A stretch of 64,000 nt of DNA, from the NCBI GenBank assembly GCA_963701185.1, contig OY969569.1, positions 731,548 to 795,547 on the forward strand, read 5' to 3'. This document shows, in pieces, positions 10,773-18,450 of this stretch. A program made the position numbers and the translations under genes. This stretch comes from Candidatus Gottesmanbacteria bacterium. Lineage in GTDB: Bacteria > Patescibacteriota > Microgenomatia > UBA10105 > UBA927. Each line of letters starts with the position of its first letter. Within the stretch, counting starts at the first letter, position 1. Under the pieces are notes generated by a model that saw only the letters and a list, made by a program, of their open reading frames with translations, made no database searches and was not told the origin of the DNA.

Positions 10773-11706
10773 GGGCGGCCATACATCCCATGCCGGCCGC
10801 TACCACGGCTTGGCGGTATTGGAAATCCACACAATCCCCGGCGGCAAAGATCCCGGGGACCGTGGTTGCCGTATGGTAATCCCCGGGTTTTTGCAACCCG
10901 TGGACAATGACATATCCTTTCGGATCAAGGGAAAGCGTTTCTTTGAGAAATTCGGTGTTGGGTTTGTGTCCGATGGCTAAAAACACTCCTTGAGCCGGGT
11001 ACGCTTCTCCTTTACCGGTTACCACATCTTTGATACGCACCCCTGTCACAGTAGAATCACCCAAAATTTCTTCGATGATTTTATTGGTCAGCATCGCGAT
11101 TTTAGGATTCTTTCTAGCACGTTCCAGCATGATAGGGCTTGCCCGGAATTCAGCCCGTCTGTGGATGATGGTCACGCGAGTTGCAAACGTTGTCAGAAAA
11201 TTTGCTTCCTCCATCGCGGTATCTCCGCCTCCGACGACGACAACTTCTTTTCCGCGGAAGAAAAATCCGTCGCACGTGGCACAGGCGGATACGCCGCGGC
11301 CGGCCAGTTTTGTTTCCGACGGCAATCCCAAATACTGTGCTGCCGCGCCTGTTGCCACAATTACGGTTTTTGTTTCATACGAACCGTTTTCTGTTTTTAC
11401 AAAAAACGTGTTATTATTTTTTTTAACCTTCGTTACGATCTCCTGCTTTATTTCCGTACCAAAACGCACGACCTGCTCCTGCATGTCCATCATCAGTTGC
11501 GGTCCGGTGATCCCTTTGGGAAACCCCGGAAAATTTTCCACTTCCGTCGTCGTGGTCAGCTGCCCGCCCGGCTGTATCCCGGAAATGATGAGTGTTTTAA
11601 GAAAAGCCCGTGAGGTGTAGAGTGCGGCCGTATATCCTGCCGGGCCGCTGCCGATAATGACGACATCGTAGATCATACGATTAATTGATGAGTTTATTGA
11701 GTTCAC
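10744..11706 (-). CDS. trxB: Thioredoxin-disulfide reductase. The likely true start is at about 11676.
   Basis: GSGPAGYTAA FAD motif; CATC redox-active disulfide; GGGDTAMEEA NADPH motif. Confidence 0.9.
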   Translation of the reverse strand: MNSINSSINRMIYDVVIIGSGPAGYTAALYTSRAFLKTLIISGIQPGGQLTTTTEVENFPGFPKGITGPQLMMDMQEQVVRFGTEIKQEIVTKVKKNNNTFFVKTENGSYETKTVIVATGAAAQYLGLPSETKLAGRGVSACATCDGFFFRGKEVVVVGGGDTAMEEANFLTTFATRVTIIHRRAEFRASPIMLERARKNPKIAMLTNKIIEEILGDSTVTGVRIKDVVTGKGEAYPAQGVFLAIGHKPNTEFLKETLSLDPKGYVIVHGLQKPGDYHTATTVPGIFAAGDCVDFQYRQAVVAAGMGCMAALDVQKYVAS

Positions 11707-12004
11707 TCATGAGAGTCTCTTTGCTCTGTACACCAATAAACTGCTTTACCACGGTTCCCCCTTTGAAAATCATCAGGGTCGGGATGCTCATAATGCCGAA
11801 TTTCTGGGAAATAGCCGGATTTTCATCCACATTTAGTTTTCCTACTTTCGCTTTGCCGTCCATGACCGCAGCAACTTCTTCTACAATCGGCCCCTGTATC
11901 TGGCACGGACCGCACCAGACCGCCCAAAAATCCACCAGCACTGGTGTATTATGTTTTAACACTTCCGTATCGAAATTTGCATCCGTTATCGTTACATCTG
12001 CCAT
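11681..12004 (-). CDS. trxA: Thioredoxin
   Basis: WCGPC active site; 107 aa. Confidence 0.9.
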   Translation of the reverse strand: MADVTITDANFDTEVLKHNTPVLVDFWAVWCGPCQIQGPIVEEVAAVMDGKAKVGKLNVDENPAISQKFGIMSIPTLMIFKGGTVVKQFIGVQSKETLMSELNKLIN

Positions 12005-12049
12005 ATATACTCCTCCTTCAGAGTTATCAGTGTACCATTCCTTATTTTA

Positions 12050-12493
12050 TTGTACAATACAATTCTTATGCGAATATTTTTTGCAGGTCCGCTGACTGAT
12101 CTCAGAAATCCGACGGTTACCAAAGCATTCTACCGCCGATTGGCCGCCGTGGCTCGCACAAACGGTTTTGACTACTTTTGGGCATTTTTAAACGGCACCG
12201 ATCCGGTTTTAAATCCCGACGTATCACCGAAAGAAGTCTACCGGGTCGATACCAAACAATTATCTCAAAGCGATTTCATGGTTGCCTACATGGGTGAACC
12301 CTCAACCGGTACCGGCATTGAGATCGAATATGCCAAAGCGCATAACATTCCCGTCTATATTCTCTACGAAAAAGGCAGGCGTATTTCCCGCATGCTGCGC
12401 GGCTGTCCCGCAATAAAAAAAGAAATCGTATTCACCTCCCCCGAAGATGGGCTCAAACAATTCGATACCCTGCTTTCAAAACTACGTCTGTGA
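12050..12493 (+). CDS. Nucleoside 2-deoxyribosyltransferase-like protein
   Basis: N-terminal FFAGPL, then PSTGTGIEIEYAKA. This resembles the NDT-family YxAGP...GTxxExGxA motifs. Confidence 0.5.
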   Translation: MYNTILMRIFFAGPLTDLRNPTVTKAFYRRLAAVARTNGFDYFWAFLNGTDPVLNPDVSPKEVYRVDTKQLSQSDFMVAYMGEPSTGTGIEIEYAKAHNIPVYILYEKGRRISRMLRGCPAIKKEIVFTSPEDGLKQFDTLLSKLRL

Positions 12494-12653
12494 TCTTCAT
12501 TTCTGCGATTTTTTTTTCGTCAAATTCCACCTGCAGCGTTTGTTTTACATAATTGCAATTGGCTTTCACCCCTGCATCCTCAAGATCGCTTTCAATCATA
12601 AGCGCGCAGCTTGTGCAGTGCATGCCGTCAATTTTATATGTTTTTTTGATCAT
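12453..12653 (-). CDS. copZ: Copper chaperone CopZ (HMA domain)
   Basis: GMHCTSC (MxCxxC) in a 66-aa ferredoxin-like HMA domain. The ORF-track start lies upstream; the internal Met fits the domain. Confidence 0.8.
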   Translation of the reverse strand: MIKKTYKIDGMHCTSCALMIESDLEDAGVKANCNYVKQTLQVEFDEKKIAEMKITDVVLKAGYRIV

Positions 12654-12657
12654 AGAG

Positions 12658-13647
12658 TTAATCCGCCACGGTAAATGCGCCGGTATACATGCCCATACTG
12701 CAGGAATACGCAAGCCGGCCGCTCTTTTGGGGGGTAAATTCAATCGTCTCATCACCCGTCACGGGCAAAACTTTGGAAATATTGAGATCCGGGATAGTGA
12801 ATGCTCTTGCACACCCCTGCGTATTATTCGTTGCGAGGGTGAGATGCACCGGAACGCCGCGTTTCAGCGTGTTTGCGCTCGCTGCATACCCGTGGCTGGT
12901 TACCGTAATCGTGACGTCCTGTACCCCACCCGTAACCTCGGCCGTACTACCCACGGTAAACTCCCCGGTGGCCGCGCGGTAGTAATTTTGAAGTGTATAC
13001 GGCGAACCCATAAGTCCCAGCCCCCCATTTACAGACAGGATAGCAAATACGAATATGATTGCCGCCGCCGCATAGGAGAATACTTTCTTTTGGAGAAGCT
13101 CCACAACTGTCGCACCGAGTATAAAAAAGACCGGACTCGTGCCCAATATAAATGCAAACATGATGGCCGCGCCACTAAATGGATTGCCGCTGGCAACTGC
13201 AACCGCCATGGTGGCCTGGGTAATCCCGCAGGGCAACAGAATCGTCAGGAAACCCAATAGTGCGGGGGCAAACAAAGACTTACTCCTACTGGTATTTTTC
13301 ATCATCCGGAATGTCCAGCGCGGCGGCGTAATGACGAAATATCGAAAGACTGGGTGCGCATCAATGATCCGCAGGGCTGTCGCGATCATGAATAAGCCTG
13401 CCCCAATCTGCACCCATCCCAACAGTTTCGGCGTCAGGGTTAATGTTGACCCGATAAGTCCGAGAAGAAACCCAAGGAGTGTATAGGCGAAAAGCTTGAA
13501 GACCACAAACATGCCCATCTGCTGCCACCTGTTTGATTCGTTATTGATTGCAGAGGCTAACAGCCCTCCCTGCACAGCCAGGCACGAAATGCCGCCTGTG
13601 GTAAGTCCTGTCAGAAACGCAAGCCACACGAGATTCATAGAGGACAT
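12658..13647 (-). CDS. CcdA/DsbD_2-superfamily membrane domain fused to a C-terminal cupredoxin-like domain with non-canonical ligands
   Basis: TM region with one Cys in an early helix (GGISCLAVQGG) and a PC motif in a later helix (LLPCGITQAT). The C-terminal about 110 aa matches the cupredoxin_1 pattern (FTIPDL...IEFTPQKSGRLAYSCSMGMYTGAFTV). Cys/Met replace the usual His ligands. Confidence 0.6.
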   Translation of the reverse strand: MSSMNLVWLAFLTGLTTGGISCLAVQGGLLASAINNESNRWQQMGMFVVFKLFAYTLLGFLLGLIGSTLTLTPKLLGWVQIGAGLFMIATALRIIDAHPVFRYFVITPPRWTFRMMKNTSRSKSLFAPALLGFLTILLPCGITQATMAVAVASGNPFSGAAIMFAFILGTSPVFFILGATVVELLQKKVFSYAAAAIIFVFAILSVNGGLGLMGSPYTLQNYYRAATGEFTVGSTAEVTGGVQDVTITVTSHGYAASANTLKRGVPVHLTLATNNTQGCARAFTIPDLNISKVLPVTGDETIEFTPQKSGRLAYSCSMGMYTGAFTVAD

Positions 13648-13680
13648 TGTACCGTATAAACTGACTCCGATACAACGCTT

Positions 13681-13860
13681 CTAGCTCACGTATTGTGATG
13701 AGTTTTTATCAAACATCTTTTTACAGCTTTCTGAACAAAATCCAAATTCTTTCCCGTTGTAAACACTCTTAAACTTTGCCGTACTGACAGTTACCGTCAT
13801 ACCGCAAACAGGGTCTTTCGTTTTTCCTTCACCGGAAAATAGTTTTTTTAGAAAATTCAT
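13681..13860 (-). CDS. YHS-domain (TRASH-like) metal-binding mini-protein, 59 aa, not in the ORF track
   Basis: Hand translation gives MNFLKKLFSGEGKTKDPVCGMTVTVSTAKFKSVYNGKEFGFCSESCKKMFDKNSSQYVS. It carries the canonical DPVCGM...Y.G..Y.FCS..C YHS signature. Confidence 0.65.
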   Translation of the reverse strand: MNFLKKLFSGEGKTKDPVCGMTVTVSTAKFKSVYNGKEFGFCSESCKKMFDKNSSQYVS

Positions 13861-13868
13861 AGTTTTTA

Positions 13869-14096
13869 TTAAACGATCTCTCCCTTCTTTTCAAGCATCA
13901 TGTGATGCATCGTTGCCACCTGAACCCATATCGCGATAAGAATAAGAATACCGGTGCAAAGTAATACGTCCACCTTCGAGATTCCGAGGAGAGTTTCTGA
14001 TCCACCTAAAACGGCAACTGCAAATAAAATAACACCGATAACCCCGACGCCAACACTCACAACATGCAGTAATTTCGATAATTTCATACTCTTCAC
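13869..14096 (-). CDS. Small membrane protein with a C-terminal MHHMM motif
   Basis: 75-aa ORF with two TM helices. The terminal ...VATMHHMMLEKKGEIV suggests metal binding. Confidence 0.4.
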   Translation of the reverse strand: MKSMKLSKLLHVVSVGVGVIGVILFAVAVLGGSETLLGISKVDVLLCTGILILIAIWVQVATMHHMMLEKKGEIV

Positions 14097-14102
14097 CTCC
14101 TT

Positions 14103-14804
14103 CTAAAGTTTTTCTCTACGGAGTAGCAGAGCGTTAAATACGACGATCACTGAGGAGGCGCTCATAAGGAGCGCTGCCCATTCAGGCCGAAGTAAGATAC
14201 CGAATGCCGGATACAAAACTCCCGCTGCCGTGGGAATGGCAAACACGTTGTATCCTGTCGCCCATATGAGATTTTGTACCATTTTCGCATTCGTCTTTCG
14301 GCTCAAAGAAATAGCCTTCACAACATCGAGCGGATTGTTTTTCATAAGGACTATACTTGCCGATTCAATAGCGACATCGGTTCCCGCGCCTATTGCGATA
14401 CCCACGTGGGATTGTGTGAGGCTTGGGGCATCGTTCACGCCATCACCAACCATCGCGACAATATGGCCGTGTTTTTGTAGTTCTTTAACTTTATTTACCT
14501 TGTCGTCCGGTAGTACGTGCGCAAATACCGTATCAACATGTAACTGGCGCCCTATGACATCCGCTACATCCTGCGTATCCCCGGTGAGCATTGCGGTTTT
14601 AATACCCATCTCGTGCAACCGTTCAATTGCTTCTTTAGATTCATCACGAATGATATCGGAAAGATACATGGCACCCTGAAATACGTTATCTATCGCAATG
14701 TAGACCGGGGTTTTTCCTTTCATCTGCTGGATTTTAGACGGAAGCGCGATATGGAGCTCATCCAAAAGCGTTTTGTTGCCGACAACGACTTTTTTACCTT
14801 TCAC
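14103..14804 (-). CDS. copA: C-terminal part of the Cu(I)-translocating P1B-type ATPase CopA (hinge GDGVNDAP plus last two TM helices). The gene is split from the N-terminal part by frameshift(s).
   Basis: MVGDGVNDAP, HVGIAIG and a C-terminal TM pair. This frame continues upstream as FKSYPGKGAAGVVKGKKVVVGNKTLL, the expected CopA sequence. Confidence 0.8.
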   Translation of the reverse strand: MKGKKVVVGNKTLLDELHIALPSKIQQMKGKTPVYIAIDNVFQGAMYLSDIIRDESKEAIERLHEMGIKTAMLTGDTQDVADVIGRQLHVDTVFAHVLPDDKVNKVKELQKHGHIVAMVGDGVNDAPSLTQSHVGIAIGAGTDVAIESASIVLMKNNPLDVVKAISLSRKTNAKMVQNLIWATGYNVFAIPTAAGVLYPAFGILLRPEWAALLMSASSVIVVFNALLLRREKL

Positions 14805-16378
14805 AACTCCAGCAGCTCCTTTCCCCGGATATGACTTAAAGTTCTGTTACTTCGGGAATAGGTAATATTTTGTTTTTTTGCTTCATTTACGATCCCCTGG
14901 GCGATTGAATGTTGGGATTTTACCTCCACCGCACTTGCTAAGGACAATAAATCTTTATCTGATATTTTTGAACCTTTGGTTTGGACGATCTGATTGATAC
15001 CGAATTCACCGCGGGTAAGCGTTCCTGTTTTGTCAAAGACGACATAATCAATTTTCCGGGCGATCTCGAGCCCTTTCATGTCTTTGATAAGGATGCCGTT
15101 TTTTGCGCCGAGCGTAGACGTGATGGTGGTTACCGTAGGAATAGCCAGGCCGAGAGCGTGCGGACAGGCAACCACAATTGCAGCTACGGCTACCGTTGCA
15201 GCAAAAACTGCGCCTTGAGGAAAAATAAACATCCAGAATACAAATGACAATAATCCTGCAACGACTGCAACATAAAATAAGACTGCCGCTGCCCGATCGG
15301 CGAGGTGCTGTACATTGGGTTTTGACATCTGCGCTTCGCGGATAAGTTTCATGATTTGAGAAATCGCGGTATCTGCGCCGGTTCTCGTAACCTCAATGGT
15401 GAGTGCCCCGTCCTGATTGAGCGTTCCGCCGATAACTTTATCGTCCTTCGCTTTACTGACGGGGCGCGATTCACCGGTCACCATCGATTCGTTTACCGAA
15501 CTTTCTCCTTCCACTATTATGCCGTCAATGGGAATTTTTTCTCCGGGCTTGACCAATAAACGGCTGCCGATAACGACGTCACTGGTACCAACGTCCACGA
15601 TCGTTCCGTTTTTAACCAGATGTGCCGACGGAGGGATAAGTTTGGCAAGCTCGGCAAGTGCTCCTGTTGCGCCACGAACAGCCCGCATTTCCAGCCAGTG
15701 GCCGAGTAAAAAGACGGAGATTAAGGTGGCAATTTCCCAGTAGAGTGACTCCCCGGGAAAAAGAAACGTTGCGGCAACGGAAAACGTATACCCGACGGTA
15801 ATGGCAAACGCGACCAGGGTCATCATTCCCGGATTTCTTTTGGATAGTTCGCCTTTGGCTGCCTTAAAAAACGGAATACCGCCAAAAAAATAAATAAACG
15901 TGCCGATCACAAATTGGAGTATGGCAAGTCCGGTGAATACTGCCTGAAAACCGAGCCATTTCTGAATATTCGGAGATAAAAGCATCGTGATGAGAACGAG
16001 CGGAAGGGTAATGAAGAAACGTCGTCGGAAATCCTTCTCCATAGAACTATGATCTTCATGTCCTTCGTGGGAAGAAGTCATCGGAACAAGCTTCATGCCG
16101 CATTTCGGACAATCCCCGGGTTTTTCCGTAATGACATCGGGGTCCATCGGACACGTATACAGGGTACCCGTATTCCCCTGCGCTTTTTGGTGACGTTCGC
16201 CCATAGCGGGAACCAATTTCATACCGCATTTGGGGCATGTACCGGGCCTGGAAGACGTAACCTCTTCATGCATCGGGCACGTATATATTTTGTGTTCAAT
16301 CTGTTTCATGTGGAGCATCCTTGATCCCCTGTTTTTGACCCACGTCCTCGTATCACTATACCATACAGAAATATACAT
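14801..16378 (-). CDS. copA: N-terminal part of CopA. It holds two HMBD repeats, TM helices and the actuator and phosphorylation domain through DKTGTLT, then is frame-disrupted near 14835-14880.
   Basis: Two YTCPMH...PG.CPKCGMKLVP repeats; the TGE motif (MVTGESRP); VVFDKTGTLT. The ORF tail after ...AKKQNI is out of frame relative to CopA homologs. Confidence 0.8.
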   Translation of the reverse strand: MYISVWYSDTRTWVKNRGSRMLHMKQIEHKIYTCPMHEEVTSSRPGTCPKCGMKLVPAMGERHQKAQGNTGTLYTCPMDPDVITEKPGDCPKCGMKLVPMTSSHEGHEDHSSMEKDFRRRFFITLPLVLITMLLSPNIQKWLGFQAVFTGLAILQFVIGTFIYFFGGIPFFKAAKGELSKRNPGMMTLVAFAITVGYTFSVAATFLFPGESLYWEIATLISVFLLGHWLEMRAVRGATGALAELAKLIPPSAHLVKNGTIVDVGTSDVVIGSRLLVKPGEKIPIDGIIVEGESSVNESMVTGESRPVSKAKDDKVIGGTLNQDGALTIEVTRTGADTAISQIMKLIREAQMSKPNVQHLADRAAAVLFYVAVVAGLLSFVFWMFIFPQGAVFAATVAVAAIVVACPHALGLAIPTVTTITSTLGAKNGILIKDMKGLEIARKIDYVVFDKTGTLTRGEFGINQIVQTKGSKISDKDLLSLASAVEVKSQHSIAQGIVNEAKKQNITYSRSNRTLSHIRGKELLEL

Positions 16379-16398
16379 TAAGATTCTATGAAAATCTG

Positions 16399-16758
16399 TT
16401 ATTTTTGCTGTGCCATTTCTATTTTATGCTCGGCAATTCCCAGGGCTTCGGCCCCTGATATCAGAGGCAATTCGGAATTTTGAAATTCCTTTGATTGAAG
16501 CAAATTGTTGAGTTCTTCCGGCGTGGTCAGTTCTGCGTGGAAGAAAATTTCAACGGCAGAACGCTCCGGGTTGACTTTGGCATCGACAACATGACGCTGT
16601 ACTTTTAGCTTTTGCTCTATGAGCTTGGGATCTAGACTTTGCAATTCTTTCGGCAGCGGAAGTGTCACAGCGGGCATGAGTGTCATTCCACACTTCGGAC
16701 AGCGCCCTGGTTTATCTAACAGTACTTCCTTGTGCATCGGACAGGTATACATAGTCAT
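16399..16758 (-). CDS. Heavy-metal-binding domain (HMBD, YTCPMHxEV...CPKCGM) protein
   Basis: MTMYTCPMHKEVLLDKPGRCPKCGMTLMP is the same motif as the CopA N-terminal repeats. 119 aa. Confidence 0.7.
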   Translation of the reverse strand: MTMYTCPMHKEVLLDKPGRCPKCGMTLMPAVTLPLPKELQSLDPKLIEQKLKVQRHVVDAKVNPERSAVEIFFHAELTTPEELNNLLQSKEFQNSELPLISGAEALGIAEHKIEMAQQK

Positions 16759-16770
16759 ATGTCTATTGTA

Positions 16771-17397
16771 CTAGACTTTCATGAAAAAAGAAGGAAACCA
16801 TCCGGGAGTTACTTTTTTGTAACGTTGATAATCGTCTCCAAACGTCTCTTCCATTTCTCTCTCTTCAGTACTCGCTAGCCGGATATACCGCCAAATAAGG
16901 ATGGGCGCCATGATAAGGGTAACAAGGGTCGGCCATTGAAGAAGGAAGCCAAAAATAATGAGGATAAATGCGACATACTGTGGATGACGGATATATGTAT
17001 AGATGCTGGTAGTCGCCAGCCGGCGCTCTTTCTGTGCCTTATAGAGCACTTCCCAGGATTTTCCAAGAAGGATAATGCCGCCGATAATCAAAACATTGCT
17101 GACAATATGTAATATATCAAAATGCGGATCGCCCTTGATTCCCAGCAATGTATTGAGAATATGGCCTTTATCATGGGTATAATCCAGCCCGAAACGGTTA
17201 CCGAAGAATGAAGTCAAAAGGTAAATGGTAAGCGGAAATCCGTACATTTCAGCAAAAAGCGCTACGATAAACGCACCCATGGACCGGAATGTCGTCCAGT
17301 CGGTTTTTGTCCTTGGTTTAAACGCGCTTTTGATAAAGAAAAGGAATATGACGATGTTAAAGATGGCAAACAGCCAATTTCCGTATCCGTTGTCCAT
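16771..17397 (-). CDS. Isoprenylcysteine carboxyl methyltransferase (ICMT)/PEMT-family membrane methyltransferase
   Basis: Multi-TM protein with an RHPxY...E C-terminal signature (IRHPQYVAF...EEREMEETFGDDY). Confidence 0.7.
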   Translation of the reverse strand: MDNGYGNWLFAIFNIVIFLFFIKSAFKPRTKTDWTTFRSMGAFIVALFAEMYGFPLTIYLLTSFFGNRFGLDYTHDKGHILNTLLGIKGDPHFDILHIVSNVLIIGGIILLGKSWEVLYKAQKERRLATTSIYTYIRHPQYVAFILIIFGFLLQWPTLVTLIMAPILIWRYIRLASTEEREMEETFGDDYQRYKKVTPGWFPSFFMKV

Positions 17398-17456
17398 ATG
17401 GCAGCAGTATAAGACATCAAAGATGAAGATTATGTGATGATTCTGGTGGTGTCTGA

Positions 17457-18203
17457 TTACGATGCTAATCTGACTAATTTAGCCTTCACATTGAGACGTT
17501 TCCATGTTGTACCGGGCGGAACACAGGTAATAAGCGTAATGTACGAATTATCAAATTGTTGCTCCAATGGTGAAAGGTCTGTGGGGTCAGTAACGGTCAT
17601 GTCAAAAATGACATACCGGTACTCCACCCCGTCATAGGTAACAAATATTTCATCACCGCGTTTCAGCGTCGGGAGTGTCGAGAAAATAGTTTTATAATCC
17701 GTGGGATTGAATAACTGAGGCAGCGTAGAGTGTCCGAACACGATTGTGGTGCCGTACTCCCCCGGAAGGCCTGTGCCGCCGTAATGAATGAGACTCTTGC
17801 TAAGGTCATTACCCCCTATAACGACGCTTGCATCTTTTATTTTTAGCTTCGGAATAGACAACGTGTATGCATTGACCGGAGAAACTACTTTTTTTTGCGG
17901 TTTTGTGGGATACCATGAATTTGCATCCGTTGATGTATCCCCGCCGGGAGTTATTTGTCCGGCCGCTAAAACCACGGGCGAAAGTCCTGTTTCGGTGTCG
18001 GCAACAGGTGAAATAATCTTAGCTATAAACGGAGCCGTAAATATGGTAAACGATAAGATCGGCCAAAAAGTCCATAGCAATATTGAAACTCCAAGGATTA
18101 TGAATACTGCCGATAACTTTTCTGAGTGTTTTCGTCGTTGCCAAAAAAATTGTTTTTTTTGAAAATCGCCCGGTTGGGCTTTAACGTATCGATACAGCGC
18201 CAT
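17457..18203 (-). CDS. Sortase family transpeptidase
   Basis: N-terminal TM anchor, catalytic TLITC motif near the C-terminus and a conserved His/Arg framework. Confidence 0.7.
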   Translation of the reverse strand: MALYRYVKAQPGDFQKKQFFWQRRKHSEKLSAVFIILGVSILLWTFWPILSFTIFTAPFIAKIISPVADTETGLSPVVLAAGQITPGGDTSTDANSWYPTKPQKKVVSPVNAYTLSIPKLKIKDASVVIGGNDLSKSLIHYGGTGLPGEYGTTIVFGHSTLPQLFNPTDYKTIFSTLPTLKRGDEIFVTYDGVEYRYVIFDMTVTDPTDLSPLEQQFDNSYITLITCVPPGTTWKRLNVKAKLVRLAS

Positions 18204-18218
18204 ATAGATGAGCGACTC

Positions 18219-18389
18219 TTAATGTTTGTGTCCCCCATCCTTCATCATCCAGACATGAAGAAGCGGGCAGAGAAGGAGCGCTCCTGCAAACAGAAGAGTT
18301 TCCACAGATACTTTAAACATGGTAACCGCGACAACGGCCAGTGCGATCACTCCCAGACAAATGACTCCGACACGACCTGCCTCCTTCAT
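18219..18389 (-). CDS. DUF2933-like mini membrane protein, 56 aa, not in the ORF track
   Basis: Hand translation gives MKEAGRVGVICLGVIALAVVAVTMFKVSVETLLFAGALLLCPLLHVWMMKDGGHKH, one TM helix plus a CPLLHxxMM...GGHxH tail. ATG at 18387-18389. Confidence 0.5.
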   Translation of the reverse strand: MKEAGRVGVICLGVIALAVVAVTMFKVSVETLLFAGALLLCPLLHVWMMKDGGHKH

Positions 18390-18450
18390 GCGATCAGTAT
18401 AAAAAACAGAGTATTATGAAAGCATGAAGGAGGGGTGAAGACTTCTTCAT

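Noticed and set aside
10990-11620. Plus-strand ORFs of 196-207 aa overlapping trxB
   Set aside because: They are antisense to the trxB frame, which has perfect FAD, CATC and NADPH motifs. They are low complexity.
14230-15743. Antisense ORFs inside copA (14230-14679, 14981-15247, 15417-15743 and others)
   Set aside because: They are on the opposite strand to an unmistakable P-type ATPase reading frame. They are shadow ORFs.
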